Position numbers and translations under genes: made by a program. A stretch of DNA of 64,000 nucleotides. Source: Scyliorhinus canicula. Its lineage: Eukaryota. The notes under the pieces are model-generated. The model had not been told where the DNA came from, did not search any database, and saw only the letters and a program-made list of their open reading frames with translations. This document shows positions 13,379 through 23,700 of this stretch, piece after piece; the first letter of the stretch is position 1; each line of letters begins with the position of its first letter. The stretch spans positions 32,405,990 through 32,469,989 of the forward strand of contig NC_052158.1 of assembly GCF_902713615.1 (NCBI RefSeq). Reading direction: 5' to 3'.

Positions 13379-13886
13379 CCCACTCACTGACTCTCAGTCC
13401 CCCCCTCACTCACCGACTCTCAGTCCCCCCCTCACTCACCGACTCAGTCCCCCCCTCACTCCCCGACTCTCATTCCCCCCTCACTCCCCGACTCTCAGTC
13501 CCCCCTCCCTCCCCGACTCTCAGTCCCCCCCTCACTCACCGACTGTGTCCCCCCCTCACTCACCGACACTCAGTCCCTCCCTCACTCACCGACTCATAGT
13601 CCCCCCCCCTCACTCGCCGACTCTCAGTCCCCCCCGCTCACTCACCGACTCTCAGTCCCCCCCTCACTCGCCGGCTCTCAGTCCCTCCCTCACTCACCGA
13701 CTCTCAGTCCCCCCTCCCCCCCTCACTCGCCGACTCTCAGTCCCCCCCGCTCACTCACTGACTCTCAGTCCCCCCCTCACTCACCGACTCTCAGTCCCTC
13801 CTCACTCACCGACACTCAGTCCCCCTCACTCACCGACTCTCAGTCCCTCCCTCACTCACCGACTCTCAACCCCTCCCCTCACTCAC
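13379..13886. repeat. ~25-bp minisatellite (CTCACTCACCGACTCTCAGTCCCCC), about 20 visible copies, continuing into the gap
   Basis: Direct tandem repetition; the unit matches the alpha2 exon/intron junction. Confidence 0.95.
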
Positions 13887-14159
13887 CGACTGTCAGTTCC
13901 CTCTGTCCATACTCCAGGTATTTCCTCAGCCACTCGATACACTCCATCTCCAGGTAATGTTTCCAGAGCTGGTTGTTGACGTTGTTCTGGTCCAACCGTT
14001 GTTTGATGCTCTCTCCCCAGGGGACCGGGGTCACCCACACCATGTTACTCTTGTCGAAGCTGATGAAATCTTGTCCATCCCACCCGTACTGGTTGAATCC
14101 ACTTGTGTTCCCGTCATCTCTCAGGTCACAGCCATTCATCAACTGGTAAACGTGGATCC
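13887..14159 (-). CDS. MHC class I heavy chain, alpha2 exon (locus 1)
   Basis: AACAG|GG acceptor and G|GTGAGT donor, 273 nt, phase 1/1. Encodes IHVYQLMNGCDL...YGWDGQDFISFD...YLEMECIEWLRKYLEYGQRELTV with C101, C164, W167, Y159 and Y171. Confidence 0.97.
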
Positions 14160-14417
14160 CTGTTGATCAGAAACACAATCCGCCAATCAGAGCCTTTCAT
14201 TCCAACAAGCCCCATTCAAATACAGACAGCCAATCAGAGGCAGGCCCTCGGGGTCGCTGCACGGGCCGCTCGCCATCCAATCAAAGGAGGCCTCACGAGA
14301 AACCTTCCCTCCCCACACTGAGATTTACCTCCACATTCACAAACACAGCCAATCAGCCACTGGCATCAACATCTCTATCAACTCTGGGCTTCAAGTGATG
14401 GGAGATTGAGGACTCAC

Positions 14418-14678
14418 CTCCTGACTGGTTGGTTCTGGACATGAGGCTCTGAATATCAACTTTGAAATAATTCTCCTGCTCCCATGCGAGAAACTTCTTC
14501 CGTTCCCAGGACTCAGGCCCCTCACTGTCCACCATCCATTGCTCTCTGGGAATCAAGTCCTTCCGATCGCTGTCATACAGAACGAACTGCACATCGTCCA
14601 CATAACCGACAGCCACAAACTCCAGGAATCCAGGCATTGGAGTCATACCCGTGAGGAAATACCGCAGAGAGTGAGAGC
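14418..14678 (-). CDS. MHC class I heavy chain, alpha1 exon (locus 1; UAA-related, probably nonclassical)
   Basis: TTTTAG|GC acceptor and G|GTGAGT donor, 261 nt. Encodes GSHSLRYF...VGYVDD...EGPESWER...MSRTNQSG with the N86 glycan site. Confidence 0.97.
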
Positions 14679-14825
14679 CTAAAAAACACACAGAGAGACA
14701 TCAGGGTCTGAATCCCTAACCAGCAGCACCGACATTTGAAATGTTCCTCAGAACGTCAGATCGGGAATTGCACAAATGCTGGAGTTCCCAGCCAGGTCTG
14801 ATCTCTCGCTGCCTCTCTTATCCTC

Positions 14826-15600
14826 TGTGGCTGCTGGAGTCTCTAACCCAGTCTGTGCTGTGTAGCTGCTGGTGAATCTAACCCAGTCTGTGCTGTGTGG
14901 CTGCTGGAGTCTCTAACCCAGTCTGTGCTCTGCGGCTGGAGTCTCTAACCCAGGCTGTGCTATGTGGCTGCTGGTGTCTCTAACCCAGTCTGTGCTATGT
15001 GGCTGCTGGAGTCTCTAACCCAGTCTGTGCTGTGTGGCTGGAGTCTCTAACCCAGTCTGTGCTATGTGGCTGCTGGAGTCTCTAACCCAGTCTGTGCTGT
15101 GTGGCTGCTGGAGTCTCTAACCCAGTCTGTGCTGTGTGGCTGGAGTCTCTAACCCAGTCTGTGCTGTGTGGCTGGAGTCTCTAACCCAGTCTGTGCTGTG
15201 TGGCTGGAGTCTCTAACCCAGTCTGTGCTGTGTGGCTGGAGTCTCTAACCCAGTCTGTGCTATGTGGCTGCTGGAGTCTCTAACCCAGTCTGTGCTGTGT
15301 GGCTGCTGGAGTCTCTAACCCAGTCTGTGCTATGTGGCTGCTGGAGTCTCTAACCCAGTCTGTGCTGTGTGGCTGCTGGAGTCTCTAACCCAGTCTGTGC
15401 TATGTGGCTGGAGTCTCTCACCCAGTCTGTGCTATGTGGCTGGAGTCTCTAATCCAGTCTGTGCTGTGTGGCTGCTGGAGTCTCTAATCCAGCCTGTGCT
15501 GTGTGGCTGCTGGAGTCTCTAACCCAGTCTGTGCTGTGTGGCTGCTGGATTCTCTAACCCAGTCTGTGCTGTGTGGCTGCTGCAGTCTCTAACCCAATCT
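14826..15600. repeat. 35/32-bp minisatellite in intron 1 (GGCTGCTGGAGTCTCTAACCCAGTCTGTGCTGTGT)
   Basis: Direct tandem repetition, about 22 copies, two length variants differing by one CTG. Confidence 0.95.
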
Positions 15601-15964
15601 GTGTTATTTACTCCACTCTCTCTTAGTTTTGGCTGGTGTGTGTAACCAGGAACTTCTTCACCGAAAATAACTGTGGGATTCTGAAACTCTCTCCCTCAAG
15701 TACCTGTAATTGCTGGGGTCAAATGCAACTTTCAAAGTAGAGATGGATTTTTGTTGGGGAAGGAATATGGAGCACACGGGGTGTGGGGGGGGGGGGGGGG
15801 GGGGGATGGAGTTTAGATACAGACCAAGAAGGATCTAATTGCAGGAAAGATGGACAGGATTGTCTCCTCCTGTATTCTTCCATCTTCCTCTCTGTCTCTT
15901 CACTCTCCAGCTGCATGTCCCTGCCCTCAGTTCCCTCACAACCCACAACCTCCCTCTTCTGCAG

Positions 15965-17311
15965 GCTCAGTACCTGGCCTGGCTCTGCCCCTTTCACACC
16001 CCATCACTCACTGACCCAGGGTTAATGCCCCAGTACCCAATCTGGCAGTGCCCCTCTCACACCATCACTCACTGACCCAGGGTTAATGCCCCAGTACCCA
16101 GTCTGGCTCTGCCTCTCTCGCACCACATCACTCACTAACCCAGGGTTAATGCCCCAGTACCCAACCTGCCTCTGCCCCTCTCACACCCCATCACTCACTG
16201 ACCTAGGGTTGATGCCCAATACCCAGCCTGGCTCTGCCCCTCTCACACCCCATCACTCACTGACCCAGTGTTAATGCCCCAGTACCCAACCTGGATCTGC
16301 CCCTCTCACACCCATCACTCACTGACCAGGGTTAATGCCCCAGTACCCACCTGGATCTGCCCCTCTCACACCCATCACTCACTGACCCAGGTTAATGCCC
16401 CAGTACCCAGCCTGGCTCTGCCCCTTCACACCCCATCACTCACTGACCCAGGGTTAATGCCCCATACCCAGCCTGGCTCTGCCCTCTCACACCCCATCAC
16501 TCACTGACCCAGGGTTAATGCCCCAGTACCCAGCCTGTCTCTGCCCCTCTCACACCCCATCACTCTGACCCAGGGTTAATGCCCCAATACCCAGCCTGGC
16601 TCTGCCCCTCTCACACCCCATCACTCTGACCCAGGGTTAAGGCCCCAGTACCCAGCCTGGATCTGCCCCTTTCACACCCCATCACTCACTGACCCAGGGT
16701 TAATGCCCCAGTACCAAGCCTGGCTCTGCCCCTTTCAAACCCCATCACTCACTGACCCAGGGTTAAGGCCCCAGTACCCAGCCTGGCTCTGCCCCTTTCA
16801 CACCCCATCACTCACTGACCCAGGGTTAATGCCCCAGTACCCAGCCTTGCTCGGCCCCTCACACCCCATCACTCACTGACCCAGGGTTAATGCCCCAGTA
16901 CCCAGCCTTGCTCGGCCCCTCACACCCCATCACTCACTGACCCAGGGGTAATGCCCCATTACCCAGCCTGGCTCTGCCCCTCTCACACCCCATCACTCAC
17001 TGACCCAGGGTTAATGCCCCAGTACCCAGCCTGTCTCTGCCCCTCTCACACCCCATCACTCTGACCCAGGGTTAATGCCCCAATACCCAGCCTGGCTCTG
17101 CCCCTCTCACACCCCATCACTCTGACCCAGGGTTAAGGCCCCAGTACCCAGCCTGGCTCTGCCCCTTTCAAACCCCATCACTCACTGACCCAGGGTTAAG
17201 GCCCCAGTACCCAGCCTGGCTCTGCCCCTTTCACACCCCATCACTCACTGACCCAGGGTTAATGCCCCAGTACCCAGCCTGGCTCTGCCCCTCTCACACC
17301 CCATCACTCAC
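15965..17311. repeat. ~63-bp minisatellite in intron 1 abutting the leader donor site
   Basis: Unit CCCAGGGTTAATGCCCCAGTACCCAGCCTGGCTCTGCCCCTCTCACACCCCATCACTCACTGA, about 21 copies with 61-63 bp variants. Confidence 0.95.
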
Positions 17312-17360
17312 CTGCAGACACCTCTCGACACAGAAGGAGCAGCGCCATCAGTCCAATCAT
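17312..17360 (-). CDS. MHC class I leader exon (locus 1)
   Basis: ATG at 17358-17360, 49 nt, MIGLMALLLLCREVSA+G, donor CAG|GTGAGT; phase 1 joins alpha1 in frame. Confidence 0.9.
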
Positions 17361-17487
17361 TGTTGCTTTCGTCCGATTAAAGGAAATATTGAAGGGAAAT
17401 CTTTTCCTGAAGGGAAATTTTCAACTCGGAAGTTCCGACTTGTCCGATTCACAGTGACTTAATCGGATTGGACCCAAAATATAATTG

Positions 17488-17553
17488 AACCAATCAGAAT
17501 AAGGAGAGTCTGTGAATCATCAGTTTCTGGCAGAATAGACACAAAACAGGTTC
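17488..17553 (-). promoter_or_regulatory. SXY module (S/W, X1, X2, Y boxes) of the class I promoter
   Basis: On minus: GAACCT (17548-17553), CCAGAAACTGATG (17518-17530), TGATTCA (17513-17519), CTGATTGGTT (17488-17497). Order and spacing match MHC promoters; ~130 bp upstream of the ATG. Confidence 0.8.
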
Positions 17554-17639
17554 AGCAACAAACACTTCCGCAATATTGTGAACCATCCAATCAACTAAAT
17601 ACAACTTGTGACATTATCAGTTGCCGGGTAGAATGAGCT

Positions 17640-18535
17640 GAAAGGAGTTTGATAAAGAGTGAAAGAGGGAAGGACATTAGGAACAGGAGGAGATCTGTGC
17701 TAACCATTTAATCAGATCACTGCTGATCTAAACTTCAGTTTCTGACTTTTGCTCCATATCCTTAAATAATGTTTAATCTTAGATTTAATAATTCCAATTT
17801 TCCGGACATTCATACATTTTTGAGGAGAGTGGATGTGGATTCTACCACTGCTGAATTATTTTAACATTATGAACAGATCGATCAGATCACCCCTCAACAG
17901 TCTAAACTCTGGGGAATTAAAGCCAGGTTTATACAAAACTCCCTTTTGCTGCGGGATCATTCTGGTGATCAGCACTGCATCCCTTCTGAGACCAATCTCC
18001 CTTGCCTGAGGGGCGGTGACCAGAACTGAACAGTTACTCCAGGTGGGATCTGACCTGGACTCTGTAAAACTGAAGATTCACTTCCATCACTTTGTCTCCC
18101 AGCCTCCTTCAGATGAAGATCAATGTTCCATTAGACAGACGGTGAAATGTGCAGACACACGACAGATACAATACTATTTTAAATAAAGTGATGCATTTGA
18201 AAGGAAGAATGATAAGAGGTTGTATAAACTGACTGGTGCAGTTGTAAATGGAGTGCAGAGACTGAGAAACCAGAGGGAGTGTGCACACAAATCTCTGAAA
18301 GTGGCAGGGGAGTTTGATAAGACTGTTCAAGAAGCATAAATGGAACACTTGGCTTCATAATAAAGACACAGAGTACCAAAGCAAGGAGGTAATGCTGAAC
18401 ATTTATAAAATATTGGTTAGACCCCGAACTGGAGCATTGTGTTCACTTCTAGTCACAGCGTTTCTGGAAGGATGTCAAGGTCTTGAAGAGGGTGCAGAGG
18501 AGATTTGCTGAAATATTATTGGATGAGTACAAAAT
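17640..18535. mobile_element. Old CR1 LINE fragments (minus then plus orientation)
   Basis: CR1 3'-region motifs such as CCAGAACTGAACAGTTACTCCAGG and GAAGAGGGTGCAGAGGAGATTT. Confidence 0.6.
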
Positions 18536-19096
18536 TGATGAGCAATCAACTGCACGAGAGACGAGTTGCTTTACAAAAGTTAGGCTTTAATAAGCTAGAA
18601 CTTAGCCCTGCGGTTGTCTACAATAAAATGGACGACCGCAGAGCATTTCGACTATTTATACCTCGGCAAGGAGGCGTGGTTAACTCAGCCTCTCGACCAA
18701 TCGGAGAGCTGTCACATGACTAGTCTCAACCAACTGGTCGAGAGGCACATGACCGACCAGGGCCAATGGTAAGCCGGTGTTCTGCCGCAATGGCAGTCAG
18801 CTATGCAAATCATATCACTACATTCACCCCTTGCGGAGAAAGAAGCCGTGGGGGGGGGGGGGGGGGGATCAACGAGAGCCGGGGTGGTGGGGGAGAGAAC
18901 TGGTGATATGAGTAGCAGCCGGGAGGTCAAAAATTTTCTCTCCTTTCTTTTATTAAATTTGGGGGCTTCCCACTGGCCCAGACAATTAAACAAAGTCCCA
19001 ACAAAGTCCATGGAGCTGTTGAAATTTAGATCGATTGGATCAGTCTTTTCGTGGCCCATGACGTTCTGGCAGACCGCCGCAGTGGAGGAGGTGACG

Positions 19097-21600
19097 TCAG
19101 TTCAGCCGATGGTGGTGGTTCTGCTGGAGTCCGGGAGCGATGGTCCTTGAATCATCTCCGTCACCCGAGCTGGCTGTGGAGACACCAGGGATGGGGAAGG
19201 GGTGACCTGAGTGGGGCGCTGGGGAAAAAACAGGGGGGGTCTGTGGTGGAGGGGGGGGAAGGGGTGCCAGGTCCCAGAGGGAGACCGTGTCCTGCCGACC
19301 GTCGGGGTACTCCACATACGCATACTGCGGGTTAGCGTGGAGTAACTGGACTTGTTCCACCAACGGGTCGGACTTGTGCACCCGCACATACTTCCGAAGC
19401 AAGATGGGTCCGGGGGTGACCAGCCACGTTGGGAGAGGGGATCCTGAGGACGACTTCCTGGGGAAGACAAGAAGACGTTCATGAGGTATCTGATTTGTTG
19501 CGGTACAGAGGAGTGAGCGGATAGAATGTAGGGCATCGGGGATAACCTCTTGCCATCGGGAAATAGGGAGATCTCTGGACCGGAGGGCCAGTAGTATGGT
19601 CTTCCAGATGGTACCATTCTCCCGCTCGACCTGTCCGTTACCCCGGGGGTTATAGCTGGTCGTCCTGCTAGAGGCAATGCCCCTGTTGAGCAGGAATTGA
19701 CGTGGCTTGTCGCTCATAAAGGAGGTCCCCCGATTGCTGTGTATGTATGTGGGGTAGCCAAACAGGGAGAAGATGGAGAGGAGGGCCTTAATGACGGTCG
19801 ATGTGGTCATGTCGGGGCACGGAATGGCAAAGGGGAAGCGTGAGAATTTGTCAGTAACCGTCAGGAAGTAGATGTTGCGGTTGTTAGAGGGAAGGGGCCC
19901 CTTGAAGTCAATGCTGAGACGTTCGAAGGGGCGGGATGCTTTGATCAGGTGTGCGCGCTCAGGGCGGTAGAAGTTCGGTTTGCACTCGGCGCAGATGTGG
20001 CAGTCACGGGTTACTGTCCTGACTTCCGCGATGGAGAAAGGCAGGTTGCGGGCCTTAATGAAATGGTAGAGGCGCGTCACCCCTGGATGGCAGAGGTCCG
20101 CGTGGAGGGAGCGGAGGCGGTCTATCTGCGTGCTGGCGCAGGTACCGCGGGACAGGGCATCAGGAGGCTCATTGAGCTTCCCAGGACGATACAAGATCTC
20201 ATAGTTGTACGTGGACAACTCGATCAGCCACCGTAAGATCTTGTCATTCTTGATCTTGCCCCTTTGTGCATTATCAAACATGAAGGCTACTGACCGTTGG
20301 TCTGTGAGGAGGGTAAACCTCCTGCCGGCCACATAGTGCCTCCAATGTCGCACCGCTTCGACTATGGCCTGGGCTTCCTTTTCCACAGATGGGAGTTCGG
20401 AAGCCTGGAGAGTTCTGGAGAAGAAGGCCACGGGTCTGCCCGCTTGGTTCAGGGTGGCCGTCAGAGCTACTTCTGATGCGTCGCTCTCGACCTGGAAAGG
20501 GACTCGTCGATGGCGCACATCGTGGCCTTTGCGATGTCCGCTTTGATGCGGCTAAAGGCCTGGCAGGCCTCTGTCGACGGCGGGAAGGTCGTGGTTTGCA
20601 TGAGGGGACGGGCCTTGTCAGTGTAGTTGGGAACCCATTGGGCGTAGTATGCAAAGAAATCCAGGCAGCGTTTGAGGGATTTGAGTGTATTGGGGGGAGG
20701 GAGTTCCATTAAGGGGCGCATGCGTTCGGGATCGGGGCCTATCACTCCTTTACGCACTACGTAGCCGAGGATGGCTAGACGGTCGGTGCTAAACACGCAC
20801 TTATCCTTATTGTATGTGAGGTTAAGGAGTTTTGCGGTTTGGAGGAATCGCTGGAGGTTGGCGTCGTGGTCCTGCTGGTCGTGGCCGCAGATGGTAACAT
20901 TGTCAAGATACGGGGTTAGCCCGTAACCCGTATTTGTCGACCATTCGGTCCATCCATTGGAAGACCAAGACCCCATTTGTGACACCAAATGGAACCCTAA
21001 GGAAGTGGTAGAGGTGCCCATCTGCCTCAAACACGGTGTATTTGCGGTCACTCGCGCGGAGGGGGAGCTGGTGGTAAGCGGACTTGAGGTCCACAGTGGA
21101 GAAGACCTTGTATTTCGCGATATCATTAACAATGGCGGCAATACGGGGGAGAGGATACGCGTCCAGTTGCGTAAACCGGTTGATGGTCTGACTATAGTCG
21201 ATGACCATCCGGTTTTTTTCCCCAGTCCGGACCACCAGCACTTGGGCTCGCCAGGGACTGTTGCTGGCTTCGATGACCCCTTCCTTCAGTAACCTCTGGA
21301 CCTCGGACCTGATGAAGGATCTGTCCTGGGCGCTGTACCGTCTGCTCCGTGTCGCGACGGGTTTGCAATCGGGGGTGATATTAGCAAACAAGGAGGGGGG
21401 GGTCCACTTTGAGGGACGCAAGGCTGCAGACAGTGAGGGGGGTATAGGGCCGCCGAATTGGAAGGTCAAGCTCTGCAGGTTGCATTGGAAGTCCAGTCCT
21501 AGATGTGCCAGTGCGCAAAGGTCAGGGAGGACAAGGAGTTTATAATTTTTAAAAACCTTGCCTTGGACCGTGAGGTCCGCGATGCAACACCCGGTGATGT
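19097..21600 (-). pseudogene. Gypsy pol: RT, RNase H, integrase (frameshifted)
   Basis: RMVIDYSQTIN, VDLKSAYHQ, PYLDNV (RT); ESDASE (RH); HADLCH/CHIC, SIDFKG, GQVEREN (IN). Confidence 0.93.
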
Positions 21601-21610
21601 GGACGGAGTG

Positions 21611-23321
21611 CTATCCTGAGGCTAAACCGATTTTGTGTGTTACGGGATGGACAGGGAGCGCGCAGCGTCTTACCGTGTCAGGGTGAACAAAGCTTTCCGT
21701 GCTCCCGGAGTCCAGCAGGCAACCCGTCTCGTGGCCGTTGAGGTAGATGAGCGTCGTTGTTTTGTCGAGCGTGCGTGGACGTGACTGGTCGAGCTGAATG
21801 GCCGCGAGCCGTGGAGAAAATCTGTATTCGTCGTCGTCGTCTGAGTAGATGCTGGAAGAACCTTGCGTGCCAGTCCTGGAAGGTGGTGCCCAGGATCCGC
21901 ACGTGGAGTCGGGATCCCAAGATGGCGGCGCCCAGGACCCGCACGTGGAGTCGGCGCCCAAAGATGGCGGCGTCCGTGGGGCCCTCGTGGTTGCTGGGGG
22001 CGGGGTTAGCGGTGCCGGCTGGCCGATTGGAGCGGCTGGGAGCAGGGGCAGCGAGGCGCGCAGGCCAGGCGCGGAGGCCCGGGGGCGGCGAGCTGAGAGG
22101 AGCATGGTGCGCTGGAGGGGCCCCGGAGGAGAGAGGCGTGCAGGCCAGGCCCGGGGGGGGGGGGGGGGGAAAGAGAGTTGCGTGGCGTGGAGGAGGGGAC
22201 CGGGAGGCCCCGGAGGAGAGAGAGAGGTGCGCAGGCGGGGGGGGGGGAAGTGTTGCGCGGCGCCTGGGAGGGGACCGGGAAGCCCCGGAGGAGAGAGAGA
22301 GGCATGCAGGCCAGGCGCGGAGGCCCGGGGACGGGGGGGAGAGAGTTGCGCGCCGTCTAGGAGGGGACCGAGAGGCCCCGGAGGAGAGGGAGAGGCACGC
22401 AGGCCGGGCGCAGGGGCCCGTGGGCGGGGAGCAGAGAGTTGTGTGGTGCTCAGGAGGGGACCGAGAGGGCACGGAGGAGAGAGCGGCGCACAGGTCGGGG
22501 GGGGCGGAGAGAGTTGTGTGGCATCCAGAGGAACCGCAGTGACCGTTTTGGCCTGGCAGACAGTGGTGGAGAAGGAGAAGTGGCCCTTCTTCCCGCAGCT
22601 CTTACAGAGGGCGGTGCGGGCTGGGCAGCGCGGGCGAGGGTGTTTTGCGAACGCGTAAAAGTAGCAGCGGGGCCCCGTGGACTTGTCGGGGCGTCCCGCG
22701 GCGCAGGCCTGAGGGAGGTCGGGAGCGGCGGCTGGGGGTGGGGAAGCGTGCCAGGAGGCCCAGGATGGTGCAGCGCGGCTGGAGACATAGGCGCGGGCGT
22801 TTTGATCGGTGACCTCCAGGGAGGTGGAGAGAGTCCATGCCTCAGTTAAGCTGAGGTCGTCTCTCTCCAGCATCCGCTGGCGGATAGCGGGGGACTGCAT
22901 CCCAGCCACGTAAGCATCTCTGATCAGTAGTTCCATGTGCTCCGTAGCTGAGACTGCGAGGCAGGAGCAATTCCTCCCTAGGATAGCGAGGGCCTGGTAA
23001 AATTGGTTTAGTGACTCACCGGGGAGCTGTTGTCTGGTGGCCAGCAGATGTCGGGCGAATACCCTGTTGACTGGTTTCAGGAATTGTCCATTCAGCTGTA
23101 GGATGGCTGTATCGTAATCTGTCTCCTCCTTGATTATCACTAGGCTTCGATACCCACGCTGGAGTGGAGGGCGTGAAGCTTCTGTGCCATGGTGGGGGGC
23201 TGGTTGCAGATTCCAGGTATCCTTCGAGGCATGTCAGCCAATGTTGAAAAAGTTCTGCAGAGTTCGGAGTTTGCGGGCTGATGCGGAGGCATGCAGGCTT
23301 GATCCGGAGCTCCATCTTCAA
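21611..23321 (-). pseudogene. Gypsy gag-protease (frameshifted)
   Basis: MELRIKPACL start, Cys/His knuckles (C..H...C; CKSCGKKGHF), Pro-rich linker, protease LLDSGS. Confidence 0.9.
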
Positions 23322-23700
23322 AAATCTAGCTTATTAAATTGATGAGCCATCAATTGCACGAGAGACGAGTTGCTTTACAAAAGTTAGGCTTTAATAAGCT
23401 AGAACTTAGCCCTGCGGTTGTCTACAATAAAATGGACAACCGCAGAGCGTTTCGACTATTTATACCTCGGCAAGGAGGCGTGGTTAACTCAGCCTCTCGA
23501 CCAATCGGAGAGCTGTCACATGACTGGTCTCAACCAACTGGTCGAGAGGCACATGACCGACCAGGGCCAATGGTAAGCCGGTGTTCTGCCCCAATGGCAG
23601 ACAGCTATGCAAATCATATCAGCACAAAAAGCAAGGAGGTAATGCTGAACATTTATAAAATATTGGTTAGACCCCAACTGGAGCATTATGTCCTATTCTG

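Larger units (their letters stand above)
18536..23626 (-). mobile_element. Full-length but frameshifted Gypsy/Ty3 LTR retrotransposon
   Basis: 287-bp LTRs at 18536-18822 and 23340-23626 (TG...CA, about 9 substitutions by eye); PPT AAGGGGTGAA; flanks AAAAT/AAAAG; gag-PR-RT-RH-IN order. Confidence 0.97.

Noticed and set aside
12677-13979. Long ORFs of 173-406 aa across the gap
   Set aside because: Artefacts of translating Ns and the adjoining minisatellite.
21678-22849. Several long overlapping ORFs on both strands
   Set aside because: By-product of the GC-rich, stop-poor gag linker; only the minus gag frame has domain motifs.
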